A stretch of 60,394 nt of DNA, counting the filler, from Trypethelium eluteriae (taxonomy: Eukaryota), in assembly GCA_051942245.1 (NCBI GenBank). It is 4 parts of 4 records of this genome, joined end to end, with 100 filler letters (N's around TTAATTAATTAA, not from the genome) between each part and the next. Parts side by side here need not be neighbours in the genome. Positions count along the whole stretch, not along the records: positions 15,212 to 30,218 come from JAVECL010000661.1; positions 30,319 to 45,308 come from JAVECL010000662.1; 2 more parts are not named here. The stretch is one strand, 5' to 3'. The notes beneath the pieces are model-generated. The model was not told the DNA's origin. It did not search any database and saw nothing but the letters and a program-made list of their open reading frames with translations. The position numbers and the translations under genes are program-made. Positions 25,296 to 37,679 of this stretch are shown here, one piece after another (position 1 is the first letter of the stretch; each line of letters opens with the position of its first letter).

Positions 25296-25820
25296 ATGTT
25301 ATGAAGCATCCCAACAGGACGTTGGCAGAACCGTTCAAATCTAATAGCATAAACGGATTAGGGTACAACAAAGCAATTTTCACTCAACCTATGTAAAGGC
25401 CATGAAACTTCCTCTTCGAGGGGAGATGGCATGTGCAGACGCTTTCTGGGCTTAAATGCATTCCCCTCTGCTCTTCCAAACAGTATAGTCTGGCACCGTC
25501 AGTTTCCATTCTCAGCAATCATATCCATTACGTAAATACAGCTCAAAGACCAGATAGTACTGATGGTGAAAAGAGTGTGTGCTTTGATCTAGTCAAATTG
25601 GCCAATTTCCGAGTGTGGATAGCGATCCCCTTCTTGAGTAGGAGAGCTGCCAGCAATGAATGACCGACAAGAAAATGGCCGCCGGGAAGCTGAACCAAGC
25701 AAGGTCAATCGGAACGAGACCACCTGCGATTGCCTGTGTGCTGCTCTGACGCTTGAACTGCATCAGACGGCCTTTTCAATCTCGCCACATTTTGATCATA
25801 AATAAGCGCAATTGGCATGG

Positions 25821-28800
25821 TCAAGAATCGCAGCATTCACCGGGCTCAAAATACTCATCATCCGAGTCAGACAGTGCTTCCGAGATCTGTTCCTTGTCAA
25901 TACCTAAGCTTTCGTCGCTTTCAGAGCGCGCATTTACATGGGGATCAGAGCCTTCCTCAGCATCCGGATCTGGAGTGGCTCGAGAGCATAATATCGGGTT
26001 GGAGTCCAGGATGACACCGATTTCCCTAAGCTTGGCGTATTCAACCGGGTCTTGCTCTGACAGGACCTCTGACATCCTCCGGTTCCAACAATCCTCGAGG
26101 AACGTGACGATTGATGAGCCACTAGTGAAGAATTCGCTCTCGAACTCTAACATCAGATCCTCCAGCTGGTCGATCAGATCTTGCTCCTCGTCCCGAATTT
26201 CCTCCGCCTCCGAGTCATTAATTCTGTAGCCATAATTATCGCAGCAGATATGGGTTAACCCAAGAGCATCGAATGTTTCGAGGCGAATCAGGTCAGTCCA
26301 AACATTCGTGGGAACCACAAAATCTGGATCCTGACTAGAATCTAGCCATCTCATTATCGCTAAGCACCACTTCAAAAACACAACTTTGCTGGCAGGACTA
26401 GGGGTCCATTTGATATTCAACCTACAGCTCCTCAGGAAAATTTTGTGAGGCAAGCAGCCGTTGCTGGAGCAAGCGCAAGTGCAATTGTCCGTCCAATCGG
26501 CTGCTAGGACTGCCCGTAACGTGGTAAAAGATGTGGAGGGCCTTGCAAGTCTGCTGAAAGGGACGGTTTGTCTTTCGTCAAAGATTCTCTCTATCCACAT
26601 CGTGATGAGGTGGCTCATTTTTCGGGCGAAGCGGTGGGCTGCACTATCTAGCACAGTATCGCGCTCGGTGCCTTGTACGGAACGAAGTGCGCCTGGGTCT
26701 TTTGACACTAGCCAAGTGGCGTATGTAAGACCAGCTTCCAATATCTTGGTCGTCTCTCCCGATGGCGTATCCTGAGCCAAAAAGTTTATCGTCGCAAGTG
26801 GAGTCTGGTTGCTGCAGTCCCGACCGCAAATGTCTCTAAAACCTAGATTGTATAGACGCTCCGCGATTTCCGGGTTCAAACATTCTTTGTGATAGACGGT
26901 CGTCCGCCAATCAGGGACAGACAGACTGGGAGGTAGTAGAATGTCATTTTCAGAACAAACGTCCTGTAGCATAGTAGCTTTCTCGTCGACTATTCGGTCA
27001 CTGTCCAAATCGAGCTCCTGCAGCGCGGCCAGAGGTAGTGAGGCAGTAGCAAGCTCTTGGAGACGCCGTCGCCGATCTACGAGGGCTGCAATGACTTGGT
27101 TGACAATCTCGGAGCTTGCGTAAAAGAGCCGACTCAATGAGAAGTTGCCACAGCAATCGCTAGCTACCAAGACAGGACTATCATTTTGTAATAATATGGA
27201 GACGACCTCGGTACAGTCGCCTCCAAGCGCATAGTGAAGTGGAAGGCAGTCTTCGGATGGATTGCCAGCCCCTCCCCATTGATGAATCAAAGGCTTTGCG
27301 CCACGCTCAAGGAGAATCGTCATTCCCTTAGGCCATCCGCAGCATAAATGTAACACTGACTCGCCCCTGCGATTAAGCTCCCACATGCTCTCCGGGCAAC
27401 GGCGGAGAATGTTTACTATCCTCGATTCAGATCTCTCCAACACGGCGGCGCCCAGTTCGGTCTGGTTCGAGGCTAGAGATCGATATTAAACCAAAACTCA
27501 AATTGATTAAACAAGGGATAACACTTACTGTCGTTATCTGCCCAACCCTCGGACAGATATCGGTACATATATGGATAATATTCAAAGTAAGGTGCCCTCG
27601 GACTCTCGAAGGCGCAATGATACTCCATTCCAAGGCCTCGTAATTCTGCAGCTAGAAGGGAAAAAGAGTGTGCAGTGTGACTCCGCCGGGAGCTGGGATT
27701 TGCAGCGCGCCTCCACTGCAGACTGGCACCTGGAGAGTTGCTGCGACGTGCAATGGAATCTAGAGCTGTTCTAGGTTGGCATTAGCTACCTTACGGATTA
27801 TCCTAAGAGATTACCAAAAGCTTAAACACACTCATCCAGTAAAATCTCGTTCAGTGGAGCCCCAGCACTGATAAGTCCAAGCAAGAGGTCTCTGAAGTCA
27901 TCATGAGCTTCGGCGTTGACAACATAGGCCAACTGGCATGCGGACTAACAGGGATTTTTAGCTATTCAACAGAAACATGACTATTAGTCCAGAAAACATA
28001 CATAAAGCAATGTTATTCCATAAATTGTCATATCTTGCGGCGACGCCGCGCGTTCCTGGAAGAGATGAAGGAGGTCGCAAAGTGCAGTCTTAAGATACGA
28101 CGATAGATATGGAGTTGGCGTCGCTTCATCATCTAGTAGCGCACCTCTGGATGTCATGACCTGGCGATCGAAAATTGCAAATGCTGGTGCATTGTAGGGC
28201 ACAATCGGGCGGTAGAATAGCGCAGGACTGATTGATGTACCTCCAGCACCACGCTCAAGGGTTAGGGAAAGTTGCAAGGTGGAGGCAAGGAAGCATTTCG
28301 ACCAACTAAATCGCACGCCTATTGTATCGTTGCGGGTGTTAGTGTAAGCGTGCAAGGGGCAATGTTTGTTATGTCGTTTGTGTATCTTCGTCGAGCGGAA
28401 CAACATGGTAGACGGCCAAGGCAATAGACTTTGGTATATGCTCGCTGTCCGCTCCCAACAGTTGCAGGACAGATCATGTCGTGCCTGTCTTCGCAATCGT
28501 CTGGTAGCTGAAGTTGGCAAGACTGGCGGTAGTCTCGTACTCTGTACTCCGTTTTCGAGGGCGTCAGAAGATATCCCAAGTTCATCGCAGACGTCCCGCT
28601 GCAAACTTGGTTTCGAAACAATGGCCAACCGCATTAGTTCCACTTGTTGAGCAAGGTCTTGTATGCTATCCTGGGTCACGCGAAAACCCTCATCAACGTG
28701 GGTGCGCATGATATTAGCGCTCCTTTGGAGGCCAGGCAATATCTTAGCAGACTTCTCTGCATCAGTGCCCACTTCAGCCAACCTACTTCGAACTTGGAAT

Positions 28801-29491
28801 ATGTCTGACTGTGTAGACATAGTCCAATTTTCCACCTTGATATTCGATTCCAGTATTCTGGCGATATTCTGATCGACGAATTCCATCTTGCTAGTGATCT
28901 CTGATGTCGTGTCTTTGATGGAGCTGAAATCCACTCTATGGTCCAAGATTGCATTGATGAGAGTTTTGAGAAGTTGATGGTGTTCGCTAGATAACACTCT
29001 ACGATTCGTTAGCTATCCCCAACCATCTCATATTGGAGAAGTATAGCCTACAGCTGAAGGTGAGAGACTGCTGCGGCGAGTATCCTTCCAACTTCTGCTA
29101 CGGAGCTCTTCAAATCCTGGATAGTCTCTCTCTTGAACGGATACATGAGACTCTTCCTGACATTCTTGATCGTTTCTCGAAGACCGTTTGGTATATGGGT
29201 TCGCTGGCATTTTCGTAGCATCACATCCAACTTATCGAACTCAGCCTTGATTTGGGTAACGCATGCCTCCACTTGGGTCACGTTCGTAGAAAAGCCAGGT
29301 GGCTGCTTTGTCAAAGTGTTCTGCAGCAACTCTAGGATCTCTTGTTCGCGCGCAAGGTTTTTTAATGTCTCTTTGATCTCTTCGTCCTGGTTCTCCCATG
29401 CTTGATAATACTTTACCAGGCCCTGGCAAACTTGGATACCAAGCGAGATGACACCAGCAGCTGTGCCGGCAACTGAAAAAGGATCGCTCAT
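25821..29491 (-). CDS. Multi-exon protein with fungal N-terminal helical domain (HeLo-like/SesA-type) and ankyrin repeats
   Basis: N-terminus MSDPFSVAGTAAGVISLGIQVCQGLVKYYQAW...YPFKRETIQDL is typical of fungal STAND/HeLo-like N-termini. ORFs 29048-29491, 27984-28997 and 25821-27443 have splice signals between them. Ankyrin-like ESVLHLCCGW and LPLHYALGGDCTEVVSILLQ. Cys-rich DNCTCACSSNGC and acidic C-terminal LIRLETFDALGLTHICC...EF...W..RMSEVL. Internal exon boundaries at 27440-27980 are uncertain. Confidence 0.72.
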
Positions 29492-30218
29492 TTTGACCTT
29501 TGAGTGAGTGTATGAAAAATCGCACGAGAGGCTTCCTGAGTGGGAAGGAATGGAATGAAGGCATGCTTATGTCGTATCCTGACATCTGTGGCGCAAGGCT
29601 GCGCGCGATAAGCAGGTATACTCGATACCTTAGCAGCCTTATACATCCTCGGTGATGAAAGCGCTTATGCATATGTAACGAGAGACGCGGGAGAGTGCCG
29701 CCTACAAAAAACAAGAATGAGGTAATTCTCTTATGCGTTGGAGAGGACTTCAAAGTGACTAGGCTCCCACCCTCGCTCCCGACAGGTAGGCAGATGCTCT
29801 TCACCCCCTGCAGGGAATATGATTCGCTGCCATCAGTACGTGAGGTAGGCGGTCCCAATGGTGGAAGGTTCGTAAGGATGAATTTTCATATTTCGCGAAG
29901 ATATTAAAGTAGATCACCGGTATATTGATGTCGAGAGACTTGGTCGTCTGGTACTATTTTCACTAAAATTCTAAATTAAGTCAGTAATTTTGGAATGCAC
30001 TGACCACAAACATGCGGTAGAGGCCGACAGACGAAGGGAAAGCCGCCCATGTGAAGGATACCTTGTACTGTTAATCCATCAACCAAACCCAAGGACCCCT
30101 TGGTATCGTATGCATAGGAGAGATAAAGCCAGGCCCACGCTACTAAAAATGCAGAACAGACGACCCAACGCTATAAATGCAGATGACCAAACCCACTTAA
30201 CCCCACAAGCCCCTAAAC

Positions 30219-30318
30219 NNNNNNNNNNNNNNNNNNNNNNNNNNNNNNNNNNNNNNNNNNNNTTAATTAATTAANNNNNNNNNNNNNNNNNNNNNNNNNN
30301 NNNNNNNNNNNNNNNNNN
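30219..30318. other. Artificial contig-joining linker N44-TTAATTAATTAA-N44
   Basis: Same 100-nt linker as at 15112. Confidence 0.98.
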
Positions 30319-32527
30319 CTCGAATTGCCACTCTCCGTCTCCAAAATCGCAACACTCAGATCCGGGAGCGAGAAGCTAAACGCGCCGTTCCCGTCGGCCG
30401 TGACCGAAGTCGACTGCGTGTTGACGACGTTGTCCGAGCCCGGCTGGTTATAGGCCGACGGGTCGTCGGCGGTGAGGACGGTGAGGTTGGCTTTGGTGCC
30501 GGCGGCGACGCCGGCGAAGGTGATGGAGACGGGGACGTCGCCGGAGGAGTTGTAGACGGCGGCTTTGAAGATGGAGGAGCCGGTGTCGGCGTTCTCGCCC
30601 GCGACGTAGTAGACGGGGCCGACGGCCGCGGTGGCGTTGTTGGTGATGGGGAGCGTGCTGGTCATGCGGGTGGAGGAGAGGAAGGAGACGGTGTGCCACG
30701 AGGTGGACATGACGTCTTGGGAGGCGTCGGCGGTGTACGAGATCATGTCGGGGACCCATTGGTAGGAGTTCAGGTTCTGGAAGGTGGGCGCCTGGAATGG
30801 TAGATTAGTAGGGAGCTTTCCTTAGGATATGCCAAAATCAAGAGGGTAGCGTACGTATGAAGCTCCGATGATCTTATCTGCGTTTCGCTCAGCGCCGATG
30901 AGGAAGACACATTCAGCGATGGATCCAATCCAGAATGGGAAGGGAGGACGAGGCGCGCTGAAGTTCGCGCCAGGGTTGCCGGGGGCGTTTGGCTGCAGTG
31001 TTGCATATTCACCTATTAAAGGTTAGTCTGTCGTATTGGAATCATCGAGGTAAGAGCTCACCAATTAAGATAGGATGTTCCGAAGTGTAGTTGTCAAAGA
31101 AGTTGAATTGGCTCACGAAGAAGTCGGGCCTGGTATATTGATGGTAGTCGCCTGAGGAGTTGCCAGGGAAGGGATCTAGTGCAATGGTCGACGCGATGAT
31201 TGTAATGTTGGGATACGCGGAGGTAATCGCATCGTAGAAGGCTGGCAAGCGGTAGTCTTGGTAGCTTTCCAGTCCGTTGTTAAGGTTGTCCTCGTTACCG
31301 ACTTCGACGTAGTTGATCTGGAAGGGGTCCGGATAGCCGAGAGCAATCCGCTGAGCGCCATAAGTAGTCGAAGCATCTCCCATGAGGAACTCCAACTCAT
31401 CCAAGGCATATTGGACGTACGTATCAATAGTGCCATTCGGGATGATAGTTCCATCAAGGTAAAGGCCACTCCACACTGCCAAGATAGGCTCAATGCCAAG
31501 ATCCTGGCACCAGTACAGATATTCGATAAGTCCCAATCCATCAGTATTTTGGTAACCCCATGTACCAGGGCGCCCAGGACGATCTTTGAGGGGACCAAGC
31601 GTCTGGTTCCAGTACCACAAATATGGTGGGTCATTCCCTTCCAAGTTGTTTCCGCCCGGCAGTCGAAGGAACGAAGGGTTCAGGCCAGCGAGCGCTTCCA
31701 TAAGATCGACACGATTGCCATTTTCCCTGTTTTTGTAGGTTGGCGGGAACAGACTAATCAAATTGAAATCTAGAGATCCGTCTGTAGCACAAGCCGCATC
31801 AAAGGTCAAGATAAAAGTGTTGTTTGAGTTGGGAGCTGCCATGGATGGTGTGAGGGTATAGTTATATTGCGTCCAGCCATCTTTGGTAGAAGAAACAGGA
31901 ACGTTCACACTACCAAACGTAGTGTTGGTCAAATTTGACACCAGAGAAATCGTGAAAGAACCATTGTATGTGCCGTGGACATAGAAGGACCCTTTGTAGT
32001 CTTGAACTTGGACATCAAATCCCCACCAGCCGCTAAAAACCTAGTTAGCTGGGGAAAAGGACAGATTGAGGGCTCCACAAAAGCGTCTTCTGAGATCGCT
32101 GAGGAAACTTAGGATGACTCACGTATTCGAAAGTCCAACTTGACCTGTCGTGCCATTCGAAACTGCTACGTTCACAGACGTAGGCAAAGCGGACGACACG
32201 GGATTAGATAGATTTTGCAACGATAGAGTGTCTCCACCGACAGATCCCCAGGCACTCAAATTTGAGGGGAACACAGAAGAGCCTTGGAAGGCACGATTCT
32301 GAATAAGTTCCGCGTAAATGCCACCATCTCCAGAATGGTTGATGTCCTACACCAATGTCAGATTGAAAGGGCAAGCTCTAGAGTCCCACTCGTACCTCAA
32401 ACATGAGACCATACTGGAGGGGCGAGGTGGCATTGCCACCGCTCGAGGCTACGCTCAAGTTCAAGGCCTGTTGGGCCCGTGTAAGGCTGGAAAGCGCTGA
32501 GAGCGCAACGAAAGCTTGGCGAAGCAT
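30319..32527 (-). CDS. abfA: Secreted alpha-L-arabinofuranosidase, glycoside hydrolase family 51 (AbfA-like); extreme 3' end cut by the contig edge
   Basis: Signal peptide exon [19 protein letters not shown]...[10 protein letters not shown], then [34 protein letters not shown] (acid/base Glu region), [13 protein letters not shown] (nucleophile, across an intron) and [12 protein letters not shown]. Confidence 0.92.
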
Positions 32528-34139
32528 CTCGAAGTCGTAAACCTTCCAGGTAGGCTATCGGCTCGCTGAACTTGCCAGCAAGCTGGTAGGAGGACACAGC
32601 CCTTTTTATGGAGTCCCACATTGCTCTTGATTTCTTGATTCAATGCCGAATTAAGGTCTAAGGCGCTCGTGATTGAAGATCTTTCGTAAATGACGTCCCA
32701 CTGGTAGTCATTACCCCGACTTTTTTTTAGTGCTGAGGATTTTTGAACCCCTGCAGCGTACGGGGGAAAAACGGATGCGGCTGGTAGGATTTCGTCAGAA
32801 TCCGTCTGTTTTCAAGCAAGGATAGGTGCAAAACGGTTTTCTTGGTAGTGGCTTGGTGTTAGTCTAGCCAGGATGCTCGGCACATCCGAATCCTTTCTGT
32901 GGAGACCCAAGTAGAGTATTAGGGGCAAGTAGTGGGGTATCGCCGCGGGGTATCTGCAAGTCAGGAACCGTCCCCGGATTGTCCGGATTTTCTCCAGCAA
33001 TTGCAGTCCGCAAATTTTACCCTACAAGCGAAATGGCAAGTCGGAAAAAACCTGGAAACCAAGATCTGCAATCCTTGCCCACAACCATGGTAATCTATCT
33101 TGTCCAGATCTTGGTGTACCTGAGATGGAATTTGGAGCCGCGCATGACTGCCGTCTTTGGACACTAAGTGAGATCTGAATTACCGAGAATCAAAGACGGA
33201 ATCGAGGCCCGCTCAAAGGGTGAATGGAAATCTATAAGGCAGAGTACCATGTAAATAACAGACCACACGGAAAGATCTCGATCGTCTCTGCTGAATTACG
33301 AAATGAAGAGGCTGTGCAGGGGCAGTGGAGTCAGAGCGAAGTAGGAAATTTTCTTTTTGAACCGCACATTAGCGAATGAAACCACAAGGTTTGGTGTACT
33401 GGGATTCTTCCAGACCCTAATATTGGGTGATGCCTTGCAAGGCAAACAAGACCACTGAACGCGTACTACAGAGACCAGGAGGCGATTCATGCAGGGAGAA
33501 GATCGACAGGTACGCGTACAAGTTACTCGGGCTATTACATGGCCCCGGTCACTGTCTCGTCTTGTACGGACGTCTGGAAGTAAGGAAGAGGGCGGGCATC
33601 TACCTTCGGAGTGGCTTTAAGTTCATAATCTCTAAATATGGCGACTGCCTCAAGATCGGCCGTCTGTAAGGTACGCAAGCTTGAGAACGACGAAAATAAA
33701 ATTCGGGTAGGCATACGCGTAGGGCATCTCCGTCGGTTCTTGATGTGGCGGAAATGTGTTGGCAGACTTTCTCCAGGCGGTCACGGCCTTTCTGGAGTTG
33801 TTCCTTAGCATATGCTAACGCTGGAGCAAGTCGGCAATCATTTCGGAGGATCTGTGGCATTGAAGGCCAAAGCGAGGTCCCAAGGATTGCACGATGAAGT
33901 GTAAACGAAGCAGCAGGGTGGCTTGCAGCAGGAAGCGGAATGGTCCAGGTTCTTATCACTTATCACAATCCCTCTACAAATTTTGCAGTCTCTGTAAACA
34001 CAAGATCTGTTCAACCTGCACCTCAAGTAGGGTGACTGTTTGAAGTGTAAGCAGGTCTTCATGACAATTGTCAATTTAGCTTGTAGCGGAACACACCAGA
34101 ATCCCGTTCTACAACAGCTTCGAGGTGACGAGAACCCAT

Positions 34140-35420
34140 TAATATGGATTGGAAAAAATCGGTGAGCTTGCTAGCAATACCCTATTCTTGGCTATCGCTA
34201 TTTCTCTCGATCTTGCATATGTCCTCTTATCGATTGTGTTATTTCGTTAGCGAACTTCTCTCGTCGTGAATCTTACCGATTCCTAAAACCGTACATCTTC
34301 TCTACTTCCTCCACGAAAATTGATATGGCGGAGAATTGCGAGCGCCGCCTTACGGAGCAGCATCTAAGACGCAGCCGGTTTCTTGTCAGTACCAAAACCC
34401 TGACTCGTCTGCTCATCGATGCTCCCAGACCCCTTTCAAACCTATGCGAGGTCACCACCTTAGGTGACTGCTCGGACGTGTTCCGGTCGAAAGAAACCAG
34501 TGTAGTACTTATCTCCAGCGATAAGTTTGTACATGCAATACCTTATGAAGACACATGGTCAGCGCGGCTAGACAATTCGTGCAAATGATGGATCGACAAT
34601 GGTGCGAGAGAGTGCTTCAAAGTGACGCTTAGTGCCATTGTACATAGTTGTGCCGTCGTCCGTAAACTGATGACCCTCGAAGAGAGCGTGAGACTTGCAG
34701 GCCGAATGCTGTCGTTCCACGTTTTGCAGGTCATAAGGTAGATCTTCCCGCCGGACCTCTTTCCTCTGCCCTCACCAATCTGTCATACCTCAGCATTCAA
34801 CTGGTCGACGACTATGACAATACGATTCTGGCATTGCCCTCCTTTGATGGCGATGCTAATCCTCAACCGGTCACCATAGATACCTTTCTCTTCTAAGGAA
34901 ATTGGCGACCTCTGTGTGCGATTCCTGTCCTCTACGAGCGCTCTGTGTCACTTGTCGTTGGCATTCACCTGCTCAGAGCCTCATCCAGCGCACAACGATC
35001 GCTACCTGACCAAATTTTCCTGTGAGGATCTAGCCCTTCTTCCTGCGCTCGAAAGCTTCCACTATGCCGCCGCCGTCGTTGTACCTCCTGCTTCGTTCAT
35101 CGCGTTCGCTATCACCCATAAGCATTCATTGCGAGAGCTCCGATTCGAGGGCTGTGCGATAGGAAATGGGAGCATTTGGACGTTTTGGGGAGGCGATGAA
35201 GGAGCTTCGTCGCAATTTTTTCGATTTTCGATGGTTTGCAGAAGCTGTCATTCCTGGAGGTATTGGGACTGTACTCCGCTTGGGCGCGTGAAGAGGAGTG
35301 AATTCCAGGGCGGTCGGTCGAAGAGAAGTTGATAAAGCGGATCCATATGAGATCGAGCCTGTGGACAACCCTATTTGTGGGCCCTCATAGGGCGTCTTTG
35401 TAGTTGCTGTGATCAATGTC
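34140..35420 (+). pseudogene. Probable degenerate gene relic (F-box/LRR-like fungal protein)
   Basis: Fragmentary ORFs 34325-34588 and 34916-35332. The latter reads LPALESFHY...FIAFAITHKHSLRELRFEGCAIGNGSIW, resembling the LRR-like C-termini of fungal F-box-type proteins. Stops and frame changes are not explained by clear introns. Confidence 0.3.
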
Positions 35421-35852
35421 ACTTGATCACGGAGCCACGAGGTTTAGCTGTGACTAGCCCACATTATATTATATCGCTCATAGTATATACATTCGCGGTA
35501 ATGCTTCATACTCGACTTCGCTTTGGGCTCGTGCTGCGAGCTTTGAGGCTTGGGCTTTTCGAGGTGTAGAGGTCTTGGGAATTACGGAGAGTTCTGTCCA
35601 ATGTTCTGAGGTAGGAAACGATCACCTAAGCCACATGACATGGAAGTCACGTACCAGGTATGATGAGGCTTCCAGTGGCTCTCCTTGAGGCAAGAGCTAG
35701 GTATGGGAGGGGACGAGCCACCTGGGCCTCTATGTAGCTAGCTCTCTAGCTCTAAAACCAACCACCCAACCATCCATCCTTTTCTCCGAATTCTGATCTC
35801 AGCGTGCATGGATCCTTCATCCCATCCCGTTGCCTTAGGTACTGAGTAATAT

Positions 35853-37286
35853 TCAGTTTCCTTCATCAGATGAGATATCCATGGGAATGGAGTCGCCGTC
35901 AGTCGGATTCATGTAAGTCGCAGTGTTGTCGACTTTCGTCTGAGAGATAGTCGCCAGTTTCTTGTCTGCATCCTTGGATACATCTCCATCTTTGTCCGAA
36001 GAAACGTCCAGTCCACTGTCCGTCTCCAGGAGTGTGTCCTCTTCTTCAGATGTAGTCACATCTTCGGATAAGCTATCTATGGTATCTGTCTCTCCAGTAA
36101 TAGACGCTATCGGTGACTTTTCCTTTGCCGTACTACTCTCGATGAGATCCTTCATCCTGCTCCATCTTGATCTTATATCCTCAAGAGCCTCTCCCCTCAA
36201 AATGGACTTTACCTCCCTCCGTTTGTTCCTCCGTTCGTTTCTCCGTTTCTTTTTTTGCCGTTCTTCGTTTCTCTGTTCCCTTCTTTGCCGTTCTTCCTCG
36301 TTTCTCCGTTCCCTTCTTTGCCGTTCTTCCTCGTTTCTCCGTTCCTCTCTTTGCCTTTCTTCTTCGTCTCTCTGTACCTTCCTTTGCCGTGCTTTTTCTT
36401 TTGCTTCCTCTACGAGCTCCCTCTCGCGTCTTGCAAGTGCAGCAGACCTAGTCCTGTGAACGAGCAGCATAGGATCTGCGAACATTGGTGCGCTACGAGC
36501 TACCTCATTTGCCAACTCGTTCCCGTCTACCCCAATGTGGCCGGGACACCAGAAAAAAACGATACTCACCGAGGAATTTCGTGTCAGCGCATTAGCTTTG
36601 GTAACGATTGCTTGGCACATGTTCCTATAGTCTTCTTGGCATTCCCGGGGAAAGTCTCGTATATGGTTCAGCACATCTTGGCTGTCGCTCAAGATGCAGG
36701 CTCTGGCGCCAGGATTGACTCGGCCGGAAGTGAGTTGCTCTTCCAGAATCTCTAGAGCCTTGAAAATGGCGACTGCCTCGGCTGCAAAGCTACTAGGGCT
36801 TCGTGCGGCTTCGTGTAGGACTGCGAAGCCTTTGGCCTTCCATCGATAGGTGATTGGAACTTCGAGATCCTTCCAGACGATGGCAGAACCTGTCCAAGGG
36901 AAGTTATGAAGGAACGAGCCATCGGTCCAGTAGACAATTCGGTCATGGGAGGGCAGGGCGTACTCCGCTTGCGTGGCGATCTCTGTGGCGTTGCTGGCAT
37001 CTATCACGACACGGCCAGAGAATCGTTCGCCGATTCTCCAAGGCGGTACTTGTAGCTTCTTTGCATAGGTCAGCGGAGCGGGTCGGAAGAGAAGGCAAGC
37101 AATTTGGATTACTTCGAAGGGCCACGTAATAGCCGCAAATTCAGCCGTTGTTTGGGGTCCATGACTTTCTATGGCAAGTCTGTGACGGTACTCGTATCCA
37201 TACGATGGCGCCCTCAATCCCTTTCCCAGCTCGCCTCTCTCTTGTGCAACCTGGTCTCTCGACATCGTACGCGGGATTTGATACAT
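35853..37286 (-). CDS. Stand-alone RNase H1-like domain protein with charged coiled-coil and acidic tail
   Basis: Intronless 477-aa ORF with RNase HI motifs IVYWTDGS, AAEAVAIFKALE, ILSDSQDVL and WCPGHIGVDGNELAN. No reverse transcriptase domain. Confidence 0.8.
   Translation of the reverse strand: MYQIPRTMSRDQVAQERGELGKGLRAPSYGYEYRHRLAIESHGPQTTAEFAAITWPFEVIQIACLLFRPAPLTYAKKLQVPPWRIGERFSGRVVIDASNATEIATQAEYALPSHDRIVYWTDGSFLHNFPWTGSAIVWKDLEVPITYRWKAKGFAVLHEAARSPSSFAAEAVAIFKALEILEEQLTSGRVNPGARACILSDSQDVLNHIRDFPRECQEDYRNMCQAIVTKANALTRNSSVSIVFFWCPGHIGVDGNELANEVARSAPMFADPMLLVHRTRSAALARRERELVEEAKEKARQRKVQRDEEERQREERRNEEERQRRERRNEEERQRREQRNEERQKKKRRNERRNKRREVKSILRGEALEDIRSRWSRMKDLIESSTAKEKSPIASITGETDTIDSLSEDVTTSEEEDTLLETDSGLDVSSDKDGDVSKDADKKLATISQTKVDNTATYMNPTDGDSIPMDISSDEGN
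36235..36368. repeat. 33-bp coding minisatellite (about 4 degenerate copies) encoding EEERQRRERRN-like units
   Basis: gttcccttctttgccgttcttcctcgtttctcc occurs in tandem at ~36275-36340, with degenerate flanking copies. Confidence 0.88.
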
Positions 37287-37679
37287 TGTCTATGTTTAGA
37301 TTACGTTCAGGACGAGGTTGGCCACAAGGAATCAGGGTTTACCTCGTTCACGTGTGTCATCTTTCGAGAATGGTACCGTTCTCCTGTGGATTGCCTTGGG
37401 GAGCTGAGGTTGAAGTTGGATAGTAAGTATTCTTACCAGACTGAGTTGTATAGCTAGTTTTCTACGCGAGGAACCCCCCCCGTGTGACTTTGAAATTCAC
37501 AAAAGGATCCGACGATAGCGGTACACGCCACTTGATAATTCTGGCTGTGAATGTGTGATGGAATTTGGTAACCGCGACTCACGCGACTTCCTTCACACCT
37601 AAAGTACGCGACTACCGCGTCATATTTCGTACCTTCCAAAATCCCCCGCTACGCCAACTACTTTTTAAATTCACCGACA

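Noticed and set aside
35853..37286. Intact LINE or LTR retrotransposon
   Set aside because: No RT (YxDD), endonuclease, gag, integrase, LTRs or poly(A) tail visible nearby.
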